From Lytechinus pictus (lineage: Eukaryota): a stretch of 64,000 nucleotides of DNA. Positions 37,801 to 48,587 of the stretch are shown here, one piece after another. The stretch is from positions 12,154,001 through 12,218,000 of the forward strand of contig NC_087250.1 in assembly GCF_037042905.1 (NCBI RefSeq), in the 5' to 3' direction. The notes under the pieces are model-generated. The model was given only the letters and a program-made list of their open reading frames with translations, was not told where the DNA came from and did not search any database. Each line of letters opens with the position of its first letter. The first letter of the stretch is position 1. Position numbers and translations under genes: made by a program.

Positions 37801-40800
37801 TTTTATGCGTAACAAGCAGTTATGAAGTGAAAGCAAATATCATTATTCTGCCACAGTCATTTTTTGTTGTTGACATATATGTAGAATATTAATTATCTGA
37901 ATAATCTTGAATATAGTTTGTGACAGATCTTAGGGCGACTCTAGAAAGAATGGTGGCCCCAAAGCTTGCATTTTGTGGGGATTTTAAGGGCAATCTGGGC
38001 TATCGCCCTTATGTATTTCCCACCCTGCTTGGTGTTAAGAATACCTTTCAGTGTTGGTGTTGTTGAAATAAAAATGTGTTTTCAATGCGTATTATTGTTC
38101 AAATAACACTAAACTCTGGTGTAGAATGCTTGGTGTGCTGTTTTGAGGTTTACACAATCTTCGACTGACTTGAACAAAACAACACCACCTCTGCCCTGTA
38201 TGTAGCTCAAGCACTGAGTAATTACATATTTTTAAAGCTTCCCTTATTTGCACACGCACAGGTAAAATTTGTACTTTATCCAAATCATGAAAGAGCAGGA
38301 AATAATTTTCCTGGTATCGCATCGCAATTTGCTCCACATTTTTGAAAGACTGCTATGTATTAATAAGTCTTTTGTATAGCATATTTTTACATAGGACTGT
38401 ACACTAATGGTTGAGAGCTTTTCTCTTATGACCAAAAATGCTATTCAAATTTGTAAAGCAAAATTATTCCCTAAAGAGTCAATGAGTGATTTCAAGTTCA
38501 GTGTTGACCTTTTGGTGTTGGTGTTAGGTCATTTTTGACACAAGTATAACACCAAACATGAAATGAAGGTGGTCCTAAAAAGGTCACTCACTAGTTTTTG
38601 ATGTGTCAAAAAACTGTCAATAATGTGATCTGGATCAGTTTTACAAACTCAGAATAGGTTTTGGAGCAAGGGGAAGCAATCCAAATTGTGCTTCCAACAC
38701 CGATTTGTTTTGTCCTTTATGACATAGGCCTATGGATTTCGCCTCATCCTAATGTGAATTAAGGTTCGATTAAAACTTATCTCCTAGTGTTGTGTTGAGT
38801 AAACGCAATAACGTTACCCTTTAATAATTAAAACTGTAATAGTTGTAATAATTGCAAATAAGTAATGACCATTTTATAGGCTTAGATCCTTTTTACGTTG
38901 AAGTTCACAGTTCATATATTCATTGATGTTTTGTGATATATCTATAATTCGTGGACCCGGCCGCAGAGGATACTGTCTGTTGCTGTGCCGAGTTTGTAAG
39001 TCGATGTGCCGAGTATTATTGCCAAAATACCCCTGTGGTAGTGGATGGTTCTCCTTGGTCATGTTATTGTGATTATGGGATAATTTAGGTATACTTATGA
39101 TTAACTTACAGGATTCTGTTATCGTGGCTGTTATCCTTGCTATTTTTACATTTTCGTAACGACCATTTTATTTATAAATTTAAATTCATTAATATTGACA
39201 TTCTAAGTTAAGATGAAGTGACATCAAGTAGACCTATGTTATTCTATTATAATTGATCTTAAACCTTTTTGTTCATGCTCACTCTCTTATCCGCTTCTGT
39301 TTTATGTAAGCACCCACTGGATAGGGTCAAATGGTCTTTATTGACTATGTACAGTAATTCAGTTAACTTTATTTGACCCTGGCAGTCCAGTGGGTGCTCA
39401 ATATATACTCTGTTATGTTTATTATGTGTTGTACTACACTGTACCAATTTCTTATACTTTTCAATGCCGAAATAAATAATAATAATAATAACAAATTCTG
39501 AAAATCAATAACTTTCTTTATATTGTTTGTTTGAAAACTTTCACCGATATGATTTTCCTTTTTCCTCTATAAAAACAACTTTTTATTCAAGTTTAATTTC
39601 CCCTTAAACACAAATCAAGAGCATATAACTTTTGATAGAGCCTTGAATCTGCATTCCATTAAGTTTTTTACATACCTGTACCTTAACATTAATACCATTG
39701 ACTAATTTCAATTATAGGGGTAACAATTTACTACCAGCAGAAAATGAAAAATGAATAAATAAATACATTCCAGTTCAGTAAAGCTGATTAAAAAGTTTTG
39801 TGTGACATTGTCAACTTTTTAAAACAAATTATCATTTCATCTTGCACAATCTTTGTAATTTGAATCATTCAAAATAATACATTTAAATTATTAAAGCGCA
39901 TGAAAGATGAAATCAGGGGTGTGAGTGGGCACAAATAAAAAGATCTGAAAAAAGCTAAAGAGTGTTGAAAAAAAGCTGAAATAGAAAGAGCTCCCACATT
40001 TTTTGCACAGACTCAGAGGAAAACTAAAATGAACTGAAAGTAAGCTGAAAATCAAAACCCCAAAATATATGAAATCAGCTATTTAAAGGGGAAGTTCACC
40101 CTGAAGAAAACTTTGTTGAAAAAGTAGCAGAAAAAATAGTAAAAAATATAGGCAAAGGTTTGAGGAAAATCCGTTAAAGAATAAGAAAGTTATTAGAATT
40201 CAAAGTTTTGGATTTGTGACGTCATAAACGAGCAGCTGCCCCATGTGTTATGTATTTAAAATGCATGAATTTCAAATTTTGTATGGTTCCTGATGACTTA
40301 ATTTTGTTTTCTATTCATGATCGGGTGAAAAATGAATTGATTTGTCTATTGATATACAAAAGGTACAGTGAAAACCATTTTCAATTTTCTGAGAAAATGA
40401 CATTTCATTGATTATTTACCATTCGCTATGTAGGAATGCTGCTCGCATATGACGTCACAAATCAAATAATTGAAATTCTAATAACTTTTTATTTGATGAA
40501 TTTTTCTCAAACCTTCGGCAATATTTTTTATCATTTTTCTGCTATTTTTACAATAAACTTTATGTCAGGGTGAACTTCCCCTTTAAAAGCTGAACTCTCT
40601 CACCCCTGTATTGATTGTGGGGATTTTTCTGGAGATGTGGTGAACTATTAAGGGCATTCTACTTTGAACATCAGGTGCTCTAAAATAAATCAAAGCTACA
40701 ACTACATGTATAAAAATAACATTTTTTTTTTAAATCAAAGCAATGGTGCATTTCATTTATTTAACATTCATTAACACATTTTATTTGCATAGAATGACAC

Positions 40801-43800
40801 AATTAAAAATAAAAGTCTATAAAAGATAGACAAGTTAATAACCAATCTTCAATTGAAAAGCCATAGATCTGTGACAATATTTTTTTCTAAACCTGGTAGC
40901 TGTACATTTTGAAGTTTACCTGGTGCTTTGAATAAACTGGAAATGGCCTTGATTTTATTAAATCATTTTTTAAAGGCTGAATCTATTTACATGTACTTGT
41001 AATTAAATCAATCAAAGTGAAAAGATGAGGGTTATTTACTAATCAATCATGAATGCCATCAGTATAGACTTGAATAGATCAAATTTATTCAAGTCTATTT
41101 CTGTCCCCTTTTTTCCCTGATGGTACAATGGTAGTCTGTAACCCAGTAAGATAAATCTAAGTTTTAATTTTTTTTTTTTTTTGTGACTGCAGGGTGTTGA
41201 AATTTATAATGTACATGATGTGTGTGAACAGTCAGACGGCAGGTCCTAAGAAAGTGGCTTCTTTCATCCAAGTGATATTCATGACTTGAGATGTTTTGCA
41301 TATTTAATGAGCTTGATGCAGACCAAAACATCTCTTTTCATTCGGTCATTGCTGCTCTAATTGTGCATCGAATTTCATGAATTTGGTATCATTGTAAAGA
41401 AGATGAATCATTCTTTCAGGTCATGTGTTTGAATTTATTCAAAGATTTTGTAATGTAGGTTAAAATTTTGATCTAAAATATGCTACAAAATAATTATTTT
41501 CACCTGACAAAAGCTGCTATTTTCACACTTTATTTTTGTTTGAGCCCAAATGATTTTTAGATCATGATAAAGCTGAATATGTATGCTTTAAAATGATATA
41601 GGTTTCAAAATAAGAATTGGTTTAATCGGGTCAAGATCACACTTTTAATTTGCCAAGTACATAAAGCAGCTTGAAAACAAGAATACTGCACTCTGATCGG
41701 TCAAAGAGACCACACATTGGCAAATTCCAACGGTTCCAGTGCCTGGGTTCATGGGAAGGTCACACTTCCCATGTGGTAATATCCTCAAATACCCCGCGCC
41801 TGTTGTTATGTGAACCTTATCCAGCCAATCAGAACTCTGGATTTCATGCAAGTACAACATTTCAGAAATCTCGTCTTGTACCTTGGTGGGAAAAGTGTGA
41901 TCTTGACCCGATTAAAAGGTGCCGCATATCAGGAGTGGCATTGTGAGAAAGTACAGAAGTTCAGCTTTATGTTGATATAGATATCATTGAGGCTCAAAAT
42001 AAAAAGTTTTGCACAATTTGCAAAAGGAAACAGAGGAAGAAAATTCAGTTTTGAGGCACATTTTCAGGCCAGAAATTTACTTATTTAACAAAATATTGTA
42101 TACAAAATAAATGACCAATATGAAAGAGTAACATTTACTCTATCCGATGGTGCAATAATATTTCATTTAACTTGAGGTTAAAACAGGTAAATTCTTAGAG
42201 AAAGAAAATCTCACGAATCACGAGCAAGGAGGAGGATTCAGCCACGAGATGATTTGGATGAATCTGGCCTTTTTGCTCATTAGCATAGGGACCTGCGGTC
42301 TGACTGTGAAATGTGTCATGGATCTTGAATATCAAGCTTAGATTTTCTGACATATCAGCAGACAATGGCTCGATATCTCTGTTGTGTTTAATTTTCAACA
42401 TTATTCATAATCATATCCAAACTATTCCAAATTAATAATTTCCTGGCCTCTTTTCAAACCCCCTTGTGTTTGTGAAATTTCCTTGAGAAATTACGTAAAG
42501 CCATTGTTAGCTGCCAAGTAAGGAATCGTAAATGACTCCGTATTGAAATATCCGCTAACATATGTACAACTTAATGGCCCGTATTCTGAACTCGGGTTTA
42601 AGTTTAACTTAAACTCAGGTTTAAAGTTGTGGTTTAAGTATGGATAGCCAATCGTTACAAAAATCACTAACAATAGAGATATCATATTTCAGCTCATTTG
42701 GCTCTCAAATCATTCATAAAATTTGTCTAGGAAGTAAAATAGATGATTGTCTTCACCATTGAAGAATCAGGAAAGAGCACAGTAAATATAAGAAGCATGT
42801 GTTAACAACTTGAATTTTTTTTTTTCGTTTGGCTTCCCATAATTTTAGCACAGAGTTAGACCATGGTCTAAGTTAAACCTGACTTCAGAATACAAGCCAA
42901 TGTATCTGGCAAAGAGAATTTAATCAACTAAATTCTTGAGCATGCAATGATCCTTTTTTAAGCAAAAGAGTTGTCATACTTAACTAAATTTATGAAATGG
43001 ATATTATTCATGTTTTGCTACATGTATATACAAAATATCACTGAAAAACCCTGCAAATCACAATGTGCTATTTGCCAAATTGATCGCCTCATTTCAGGCA
43101 AGATTTGACGGAGTGATTTTTCACAATAAAATGGCACAACTTACTTCATTTCTAAACTTTGGTAATAATAATTACAAATTTTTCACTAGTCGTTGACTCA
43201 TGCAATTGATATTTTCAAGCAGGTTGAAAAATGACCTGCCACCCCGAAACCAATACAAAAGCTTTGATATATCTTTAGACTTGTGGCAACAGCGGCATAA
43301 CTGGGCACTGCCGGGGAAGCGTTCTGCAGTATTGCGGTCGTCACCCAAAATGCCCCTATAAGAGCCCTGGAAATTCCCAAATGATCCAAAACATGAATTG
43401 AAATACAAATTATTGAAACAAGATATTGATGATGAACTCAGAAAGTAGACCTGGGGTGTGTTTCACAAAGATTTAAGTATGACTTTACTTAGATTCATAC
43501 TTAAATGCCAAACGTGCAGTCTTATTGATCAATATGCAGTAGTGCTCATCCTATGTGCTGATGTCTTTAATACCAAGGACAACAAGGCATTTAAGTACGG
43601 CTCTAATATGCTTTTCACACTGCATTTTCTTAACCCCATACTATCCTTAACCCCGGACTATCCTTAACCCCATACTATCTGCTTAGCCGGGGTTAACGCC
43701 TTAACCCCGGACTATCCCACAGCTCATGAATATTGATGATTTTACCATATAGAGCGTGATTAACGTGCAATTTCGACTTCTGTGATTGGTTATTGCTTAG

Positions 43801-44202
43801 CCCCACTTTTCCTTAGCCCGGTTTCGTTTCACACTGCATCTCTTAGCACCGCAATTGTGGTGCTACATGTAGCACCACAATAAGCCGGCTAACCCTGCTT
43901 TTTTGCGGGGCCAGATAGTACCGTACTATTTACCGTGCTAGCCCACTTTGCTAAAACGTAGTGTGAAAACGAAGTGGGCTAAGCTTAACCCCGGGAAATT
44001 GGTGGGGCTAAGGCCCCCCCCCCCCTTAGCCCCACCAATTTCCCGGGGTTAAGGAGTAGTAGTGAAAAAGTAGTGTGAAAAGCATATAAGTCATACTAGA
44101 ATCGTTGTGATTTTTTTTTTTTGGGGGGGGAGGGGTTAATTCATTTACTACCCCAGACTCACCTGGTAATGAAGTTGCTGTTGAATTAGCTTGATCAATC
44201 AT
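22569..44202 (-). CDS. SLC39A14: ZIP8/ZIP14-like metal cation symporter (SLC39A, LIV-1 subfamily). Coding exons: 44202-44163, 35535-35512, 33904-33735, 26780-26655, 26011-25832, 25129-25073, 24355-24028, 23374-23187, 22718-22569. 420 aa.
   Basis: All introns are GT-AG with compatible phases (1263 nt in total). Motifs include VWGYG..LAVGTL.GNALL.LIPE, a His-rich loop [40 protein letters not shown] (E instead of H, typical of ZIP8/14), [21 protein letters not shown] and [13 protein letters not shown]8 versus ZIP14 orthology cannot be resolved here. The first two exons are less certain. Confidence 0.88.
22752..23140. repeat. (CAT/CAC)n microsatellite filling the last ZIP intron
   Basis: Visible imperfect trinucleotide repeat of about 390 bp. 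Confidence 0.95.
23187..23374 (-). CDS. SLC39A14: ZIP8/14-like exon ([10 protein letters not shown]...LYISLVDM)
   Basis: TTTCAG| acceptor, ATG|GTGAGT donor. Encodes TM5-TM7. Confidence 0.92.
24028..24355 (-). CDS. SLC39A14: ZIP8/14-like exon (His-rich loop, TM4, EEFPHEL)
   Basis: ACTCAG| acceptor after a poly-T tract, G|GTGAGT donor. Confidence 0.92.
25073..25129 (-). CDS. SLC39A14: ZIP8/14-like cytoplasmic-loop exon ([19 protein letters not shown])
   Basis: TTGTAG| acceptor, AAG|GTAAGT donor. 57 nt, phase 0/0. Confidence 0.7.
25355..25491. mobile_element. CAG-flanked short MITE (GGGAGCRTTTCAT TIR family)
   Basis: CAG|GGGAGCATTTCAT...ATGAAACGCTCCC|CAG. Relatives at ~32418-32552, 32871-33040, 57867-58025, 59760-60103 and 62302-62456. 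Confidence 0.7.
25832..26011 (-). CDS. SLC39A14: ZIP8/14-like cytoplasmic-loop exon (ARSRSSSDL...EKRASRE)
   Basis: ATACAG| acceptor, GAG|GTTTGT donor. 180 nt, GC-rich and open, phase 0/0. Confidence 0.75.
26120..26265. repeat. Degenerate ~15-bp minisatellite (TAGACCAAATGGTAG-like)
   Basis: Recurrent T(A/G)GAC(C/G)A..TG motif at roughly 15-16 bp period. Confidence 0.6.
26655..26780 (-). CDS. SLC39A14: ZIP8/14-like TM3 exon ([37 protein letters not shown])
   Basis: TTACAG| acceptor, AGG|GTGAGA donor. Contains the WK...LGGIYLFF..E motif. Confidence 0.9.
26854..27837 (-). mobile_element. Helentron/DINE-1-like element with ~5 internal tandem units (copy 2)
   Basis: Reverse complement of 6805-7677 with one more internal unit. 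Confidence 0.7.
28135..28535. mobile_element. TTAA-flanked MITE
   Basis: TTAA|AGAGAAATGCCAGT ... ACTGGCATTTACCT|TTAA. Confidence 0.75.
28690..29527. mobile_element. Two inverted copies (28690-29004 and 29220-29527) of a ~310-bp MITE; third copy at 42576-42898
   Basis: TIR GGCCCGTATTCTGAA. The internal AACTCAGGTTTAAAGTTGTGGTTTAAGTATGGATA is shared by all three copies. Confidence 0.85.
29991..30211. mobile_element. MITE with internal telomere-like TTAGGG degenerate repeats
   Basis: Subterminal repeats CGACATTTGCTC / GAGCAAATGTCG flank AGGGTTAGGGTTAGG...TTAGGATTAGGGTT. Confidence 0.6.
33735..33904 (-). CDS. SLC39A14: ZIP8/14-like TM1-TM2 exon ([13 protein letters not shown]...[10 protein letters not shown])
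   Basis: TTTCAG| acceptor, GAG|GTAAGT donor. 170 nt. Confidence 0.92.
33944..34933. mobile_element. MITE (TIR CCATTCTTGGTCACGTGTGTGAC) with a nested TTAA-flanked MITE at 33991-34582
   Basis: Outer arms at 33944-33990 and 34887-34933. Inner element TTAA|AGGAGAATGAAAC...GTTTCATTCTCCT|TTAA has a partial relative ending at 17762. Confidence 0.8.
35095..35372 (-). mobile_element. tRNA-derived SINE
   Basis: Minus strand has B-box GGTTCGAATCCC, central GACCCAGGTGAGGTGAATGGGTACCC and a GCGCTATATAAATGCC-(TAT)n tail. Confidence 0.75.
35512..35535 (-). CDS. SLC39A14: ZIP8/14-like 24-nt microexon (GTKVPSAQ)
   Basis: Pyrimidine tract plus AAACAG| acceptor and AAG|GTAATT donor. It supplies the PS...VWGYG junction typical of ZIP8/14. 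Confidence 0.7.
36788..37379 (-). mobile_element. Complete TTAA/Kolobok-type MITE
   Basis: TTAA|AGGTCAAGTCCACC...GGTGGACTTGTCCT|TTAA. Inverted paralogue of 13818-14428. Confidence 0.8.
40083..40586. mobile_element. Complete TTAA/Kolobok-type MITE
   Basis: TTAA|AGGGGAAGTTCACCCTGA ... TCAGGGTGAACTTCCCCT|TTAA, with perfect terminal repeats. Confidence 0.85.
41228..42308. mobile_element. Non-autonomous DNA transposon with a nested MITE at 41622-41915
   Basis: Outer TIR ACAGTCAGACGGCAGGTCC / GGACCTGCGGTCTGACTGT. Inner perfect TIR TTAATCGGGTCAAGATCACACTTTT / AAAAGTGTGATCTTGACCCGATTAA. Confidence 0.75.
43607..44086 (+). mobile_element. PIF/Harbinger-type MITE with TAA TSD, nested in an older MITE (~43453-44110)
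   Basis: TAA|TATGCTTTTCACACT ... AGTGTGAAAAGCATA|TAA with internal TTAACCCC/TTAGCCCC repeats. Confidence 0.8.
44163..44202 (-). CDS. SLC39A14: Putative first coding exon of the ZIP8/14-like gene ([14 protein letters not shown]); the exon probably starts at 44368
   Basis: ATCATG start and strong CAG|GTGAGT donor in phase 1, matching the microexon. In-frame upstream TGA and a TTTTTAACAG acceptor at 44370-44369. Confidence 0.6.
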
Positions 44203-45041
44203 GATTACAGTTGCCTCTAGTCCTTTCCCTCTCAGAAAAAAAAAAAAGAATCTCACGTAGACCCCGGCTCAGGTCTGGATAGTGTATGAGGAAAAAAGAT
44301 AGTACAGCGGACTTGCGGCTACAGCCTACAGGTAGAGTGGCAGTCTGGCAGACGCTAATGTGATGGTGCTGTTAAAAAAAAAGAGACAATTTTGATAATA
44401 ATGTTTTGGGTCTAATTACATTTTTATAGCGCTTAAGAGTGCAACGTGCATTACAATTACATTAAGAGAAAATACTTACAGTGAAACAAAACAAATGCAA
44501 AAAAGTACTTGCAAGAAATGACTAAAGTCAAAGATTAAAAATTTTAATCTTCATTTGCATAAAACATGTAGGCCTAGATCTATATTTAAAACGTACATTA
44601 TCGTCAATACAGCAAGTGAAAGAAATCAATTCTCCTAACAATCAACCATGAATGATCAAATCATGAATAAGAAATCGGTAGTGAAACCATACAAAATAAA
44701 AGGAGACAACTTGAGTCTACTCTATATCTTCATGATCTTGAAAGCAATCTACAGCCAGCCCACAGGATCACGTAAAGAAGCAATTTGTGTCCATGCCAGA
44801 CTCTTCAACTACATCACTGCCTAGTAGTAGTACATGTAAAGTAACATGGTAGATCAAAGACAAAGTCTTTATTGACTTGATATCTAATAGTAATACAGAT
44901 GGAGTTGAGAAAATGAATGTTGATCATGCGATCACTCAACTTGAGTGATCGCATGATCAACATTCATTTCAAGTGCAAAATTCTAGACAATCTTTTCTAC
45001 TGCAAGTGCATGAACTGAAGGCAGACATGATACCGCCTTAC

Positions 45042-45600
45042 CGGTACTAGTACTATTTAGCTGAATGATTCACCGCCAGGCCTGTCGGCGTAGTTTGATG
45101 ATTCGTTCGGCTCAACTTGTCTTAGTCTCGGCTGAGCTCTGCTGGAGTTGGAAAGCAAATGAAAGCAACACGGGTACACCGCTGACACGTCACTGCCCCG
45201 CCGCTAATCCCGGCACAAAACCGCAGCAACAGACCGTGAAGAAGAAGAAAAAAAAGGAGGGCCGATGCATGCGACGTGGCACTTCAACTTGAAGTTTGTG
45301 TTTACCAATACATGAATACCCACAAAAGATTAGCGAACTGGGCAAATGACTCTCCGCATTGGCATCACCAAGAGTCAAGACCATGTTAAGATAAATAAGA
45401 TCACGGTAAATACTGACGTAGGCCTGGCCCTTCTGAGCTGAGGTAATTTATAATTATGCAGATTACCGGCTTCATTTGCACATGCCCTACGCACGTTTGT
45501 ATACACACATTGCGTCATTGACTGAATTAAGAAGCAACTTAAGTTATGAACACCCATTTCGGGTATTTGAATTGCCAAACTAAGCACCACGTCTATTGGT
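45042..45600 (-). promoter_or_regulatory. Putative non-coding first exon and promoter of the ZIP gene
   Basis: CpG-rich island with a CCG|GTAAGG donor at 45041, CRE-like TGACGT (45415) and TGCGTCA (45511), and a CCAAT box near 45595. The TSS is not determinable from sequence. Confidence 0.5.
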
Positions 45601-47302
45601 TAAGATTTTTTACTTAAAAAATATTTTTAAAAAAATTTAAAAAGCAAATTTAGCCCTCAAATTATTTTTTCCGTTTGTTTTTTAATTTTTTAGTACATCA
45701 TTATTTTTGTAATTAATAGTTAAATGGTTAAATGTGATTTTATTTTTATTTTTTATTTTTGTTTTACATTCCCCGAAAATCGGCAATACGGAATTTCTGC
45801 TCAATTTCAGTCCTGATCTGAGGTACGAAAGTGCTATCGACAATAAAGTCGATGATGACGTTATGGGTTTATGTCAACATGCCATGACTAGAAACTTATC
45901 TCTCCAAGTAAGTCGACAAAAAGTTGTATGTCGACATGGCGAGAAACAGTGGCCAAGTCGATTTGAAAAAAAAGTTGATGTGGCGAGATACGTTATCATA
46001 GCCAAGTCGACAAACAAAAAGTTTTAAGCTAGTCCACATTTGGCGATTCGTTGAATCCTCTCGCCATATATGCAAGTTGACTCAAAATAGCTCAAAAGTC
46101 TGCATGGGGCCACTTTTTTCCAAAACCATGTACAAAAACTTAAAAATGACCAAACGATTGTAATTTTTTTATATAGTCAGCCCCCCCCCCCCCCACACTT
46201 TGAAAACCGTTCCGCGGCCCCTGAAAGTTGCATGCCAACCATTGTCTGCATGGTAGCCTAACAACAGAAGAGATGAAGTGGCAGCTATATCCGAGATACT
46301 ACCCTTACAAATCACATATAGGCTAAAAGAGATTAAATACCAGCTAGTGCATGGGGGCACCAGGATTTTTAAGGTCATGGGGCCGGGGGTGGGGCGGCGT
46401 ATGTCATCTCCTCTTCTCTTTCTATATTTGATTCCTCGGAATATCATTCAACTTCGGAGCTTAATTTGGCGAAGAATTGAGGGGGTATACTGGGAGCCCG
46501 TCAGTCGTCAGATCTGTCTTCATAATTAGTAGGCCTACGGATTTATTTTTTGTTCCAGAATAAGCCGGTTGAGATCGAGGTACCCTTTTCTGGTCAGATA
46601 TGGAATTCCAGATATATATCCTATCCTATCCACCGGTAGTTTACATTCTACCCTCGAATTTCATCTTTGTGTTTTATTGATCAGTGTGACAGTTAATGAC
46701 ACTCGTGAGTCGAGACGGGCCGCGGAACGGTTTTCAAGGGGGGGGGGGGGCCGGGGGCTGACTATGCAAAAATCACAATCTTCCGCGGCCCCTGCGACAT
46801 AGAAAATGGACAATGTTTTAGGCGCGTGAATCCTGAGGTTCCATGAGCCAATTACAACAGGAAGGCTAAAGATATTCGTTTGATCCTAATTAACCCATTC
46901 AAAAAGAAAATTCAATTTGATACAGCTGATTAATGACAAAAGTGAATGAATATAATTGAAAATCTAACACTGATTCTAGAAATAGTAACTATTGAACTTC
47001 CTTTGCCCGAATTGGGAAGATATAAAGTGACTATTTTTTGACTGGCGGAAGAATTGGGGCTATTTTACTGTTTCAGTTGATAAATTTGATCCCATTATAG
47101 TTATCTTCATAAACTTAACTTAAACTTAACTTAAACTTGATATGGAATGTCAGATAAAAAATTCGACCCTCTAATTTCACGTTTATTTTTTATGAATTTT
47201 TCAAAAGTGCAATTTTAACACATAAGTCTATGGGGAATGTTTTACGCGCGTGAGACCCTGAAGTACTGTAGCGCCATCTACGATTACAAGTGTGTTGCAC
47301 AC

Positions 47303-47336
<34 letters not shown>

Positions 47337-48587
47337 CGATCGACGGTCTTGTGGTGTCCTTATTTACTCACAACGAAATAATGATGAAACCATGACACGT
47401 ACGTAGCGCATGCAAAGACAGCCTACACTATTGATGTTAAGCTAGGGTTATATACACCAAAACCGAATCCTCCCGAACAGGGGCGGATCCAAAATTTTCC
47501 AAGGGGGGGGGGCACATTTTTCCGAGGAAAATTTTCGTAAGGAAAAAAAGAAGGTTTTAACCCCTTCCCGGAGAATTTTGACAAGCTATGAAGCAAGCAA
47601 GCAAAAAAAAAAGAAAAAAAAAAGGGTCTTTACTTCCAAGCTGGGGGGGGGGGCAGACTTTTGTTATAATGCCATTTCTACATTACAAATTTTAATTTTG
47701 CTTCTCAAGGGGGGCCGGTTGTGCCTCCGCCCCTTGGATCCGCAAGTGTACGATTCCGCCCGAATACGGCCTGATTCGGATGGTTTCGGTGGATTCGAAT
47801 CGGTTCCCGAATCCCACCCGAATTTTCTCGCATTCGCGAAGGGAGAAAATGAGTTTAATCCCGAACGGCCGAATTTTGAATTTATTTTAAATCTATAACA
47901 GTTAACTTGAAAATCTCGAAAGATTTAGATTCAAATCTTTTATTCGGATGGTCACTCTTCACAGCCGATCTGGATTTGTTTTAAATCCTTGGAATTTAGA
48001 GTGTATTTATAATAATAATAATAATAACATCAAAATTCCTTGAAATCACAAAACAAACACTTCCAAATTACGTTCTTTACAAAAAAGTACAAAAAGACAT
48101 TTAATATCACATTTTCACAATATATCAGGAATTCTGGTCGAATGGTTGCAATAATGTTTACATAATATAGATAGCCTGCAAGAACTTCATAGCAACAAAT
48201 ATAGCAATCATTTTCCAAAGCAACAAAATAATTCAGATACAAATTAACGGATTGAAATCCAGTATGATAAATAAAGCGTATGGACATGAAAATAAAGGGA
48301 CCACTAAACATGCCAAAGACAGTTTTTGTATTATGGATTTCCTTTGAAAATGTAAAAAAAAAATATGGGTACTTGATATTATGCATATAGTATTTTTTTT
48401 AACGTCTTAAAACCATTTTTGTTTTCTTTTAAGCTGATCAGTTTGGTGTTTCCAAAAGCTGTTTATATAGTCAAAGGTGATTAACTTGAATGACACACCA
48501 GAACAGAGTCTTAAACATTTTCTTCATTGCTTCAACTAATAAGATTAAACATAATTTTAGAGTTGTATTAAAAATATTGTTTACAAG

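Noticed and set aside
45180..45210. Iron-responsive element (CAGUGA) in the ZIP leader
   Set aside because: The flanking bases do not form the 5-bp upper stem with a bulged C.
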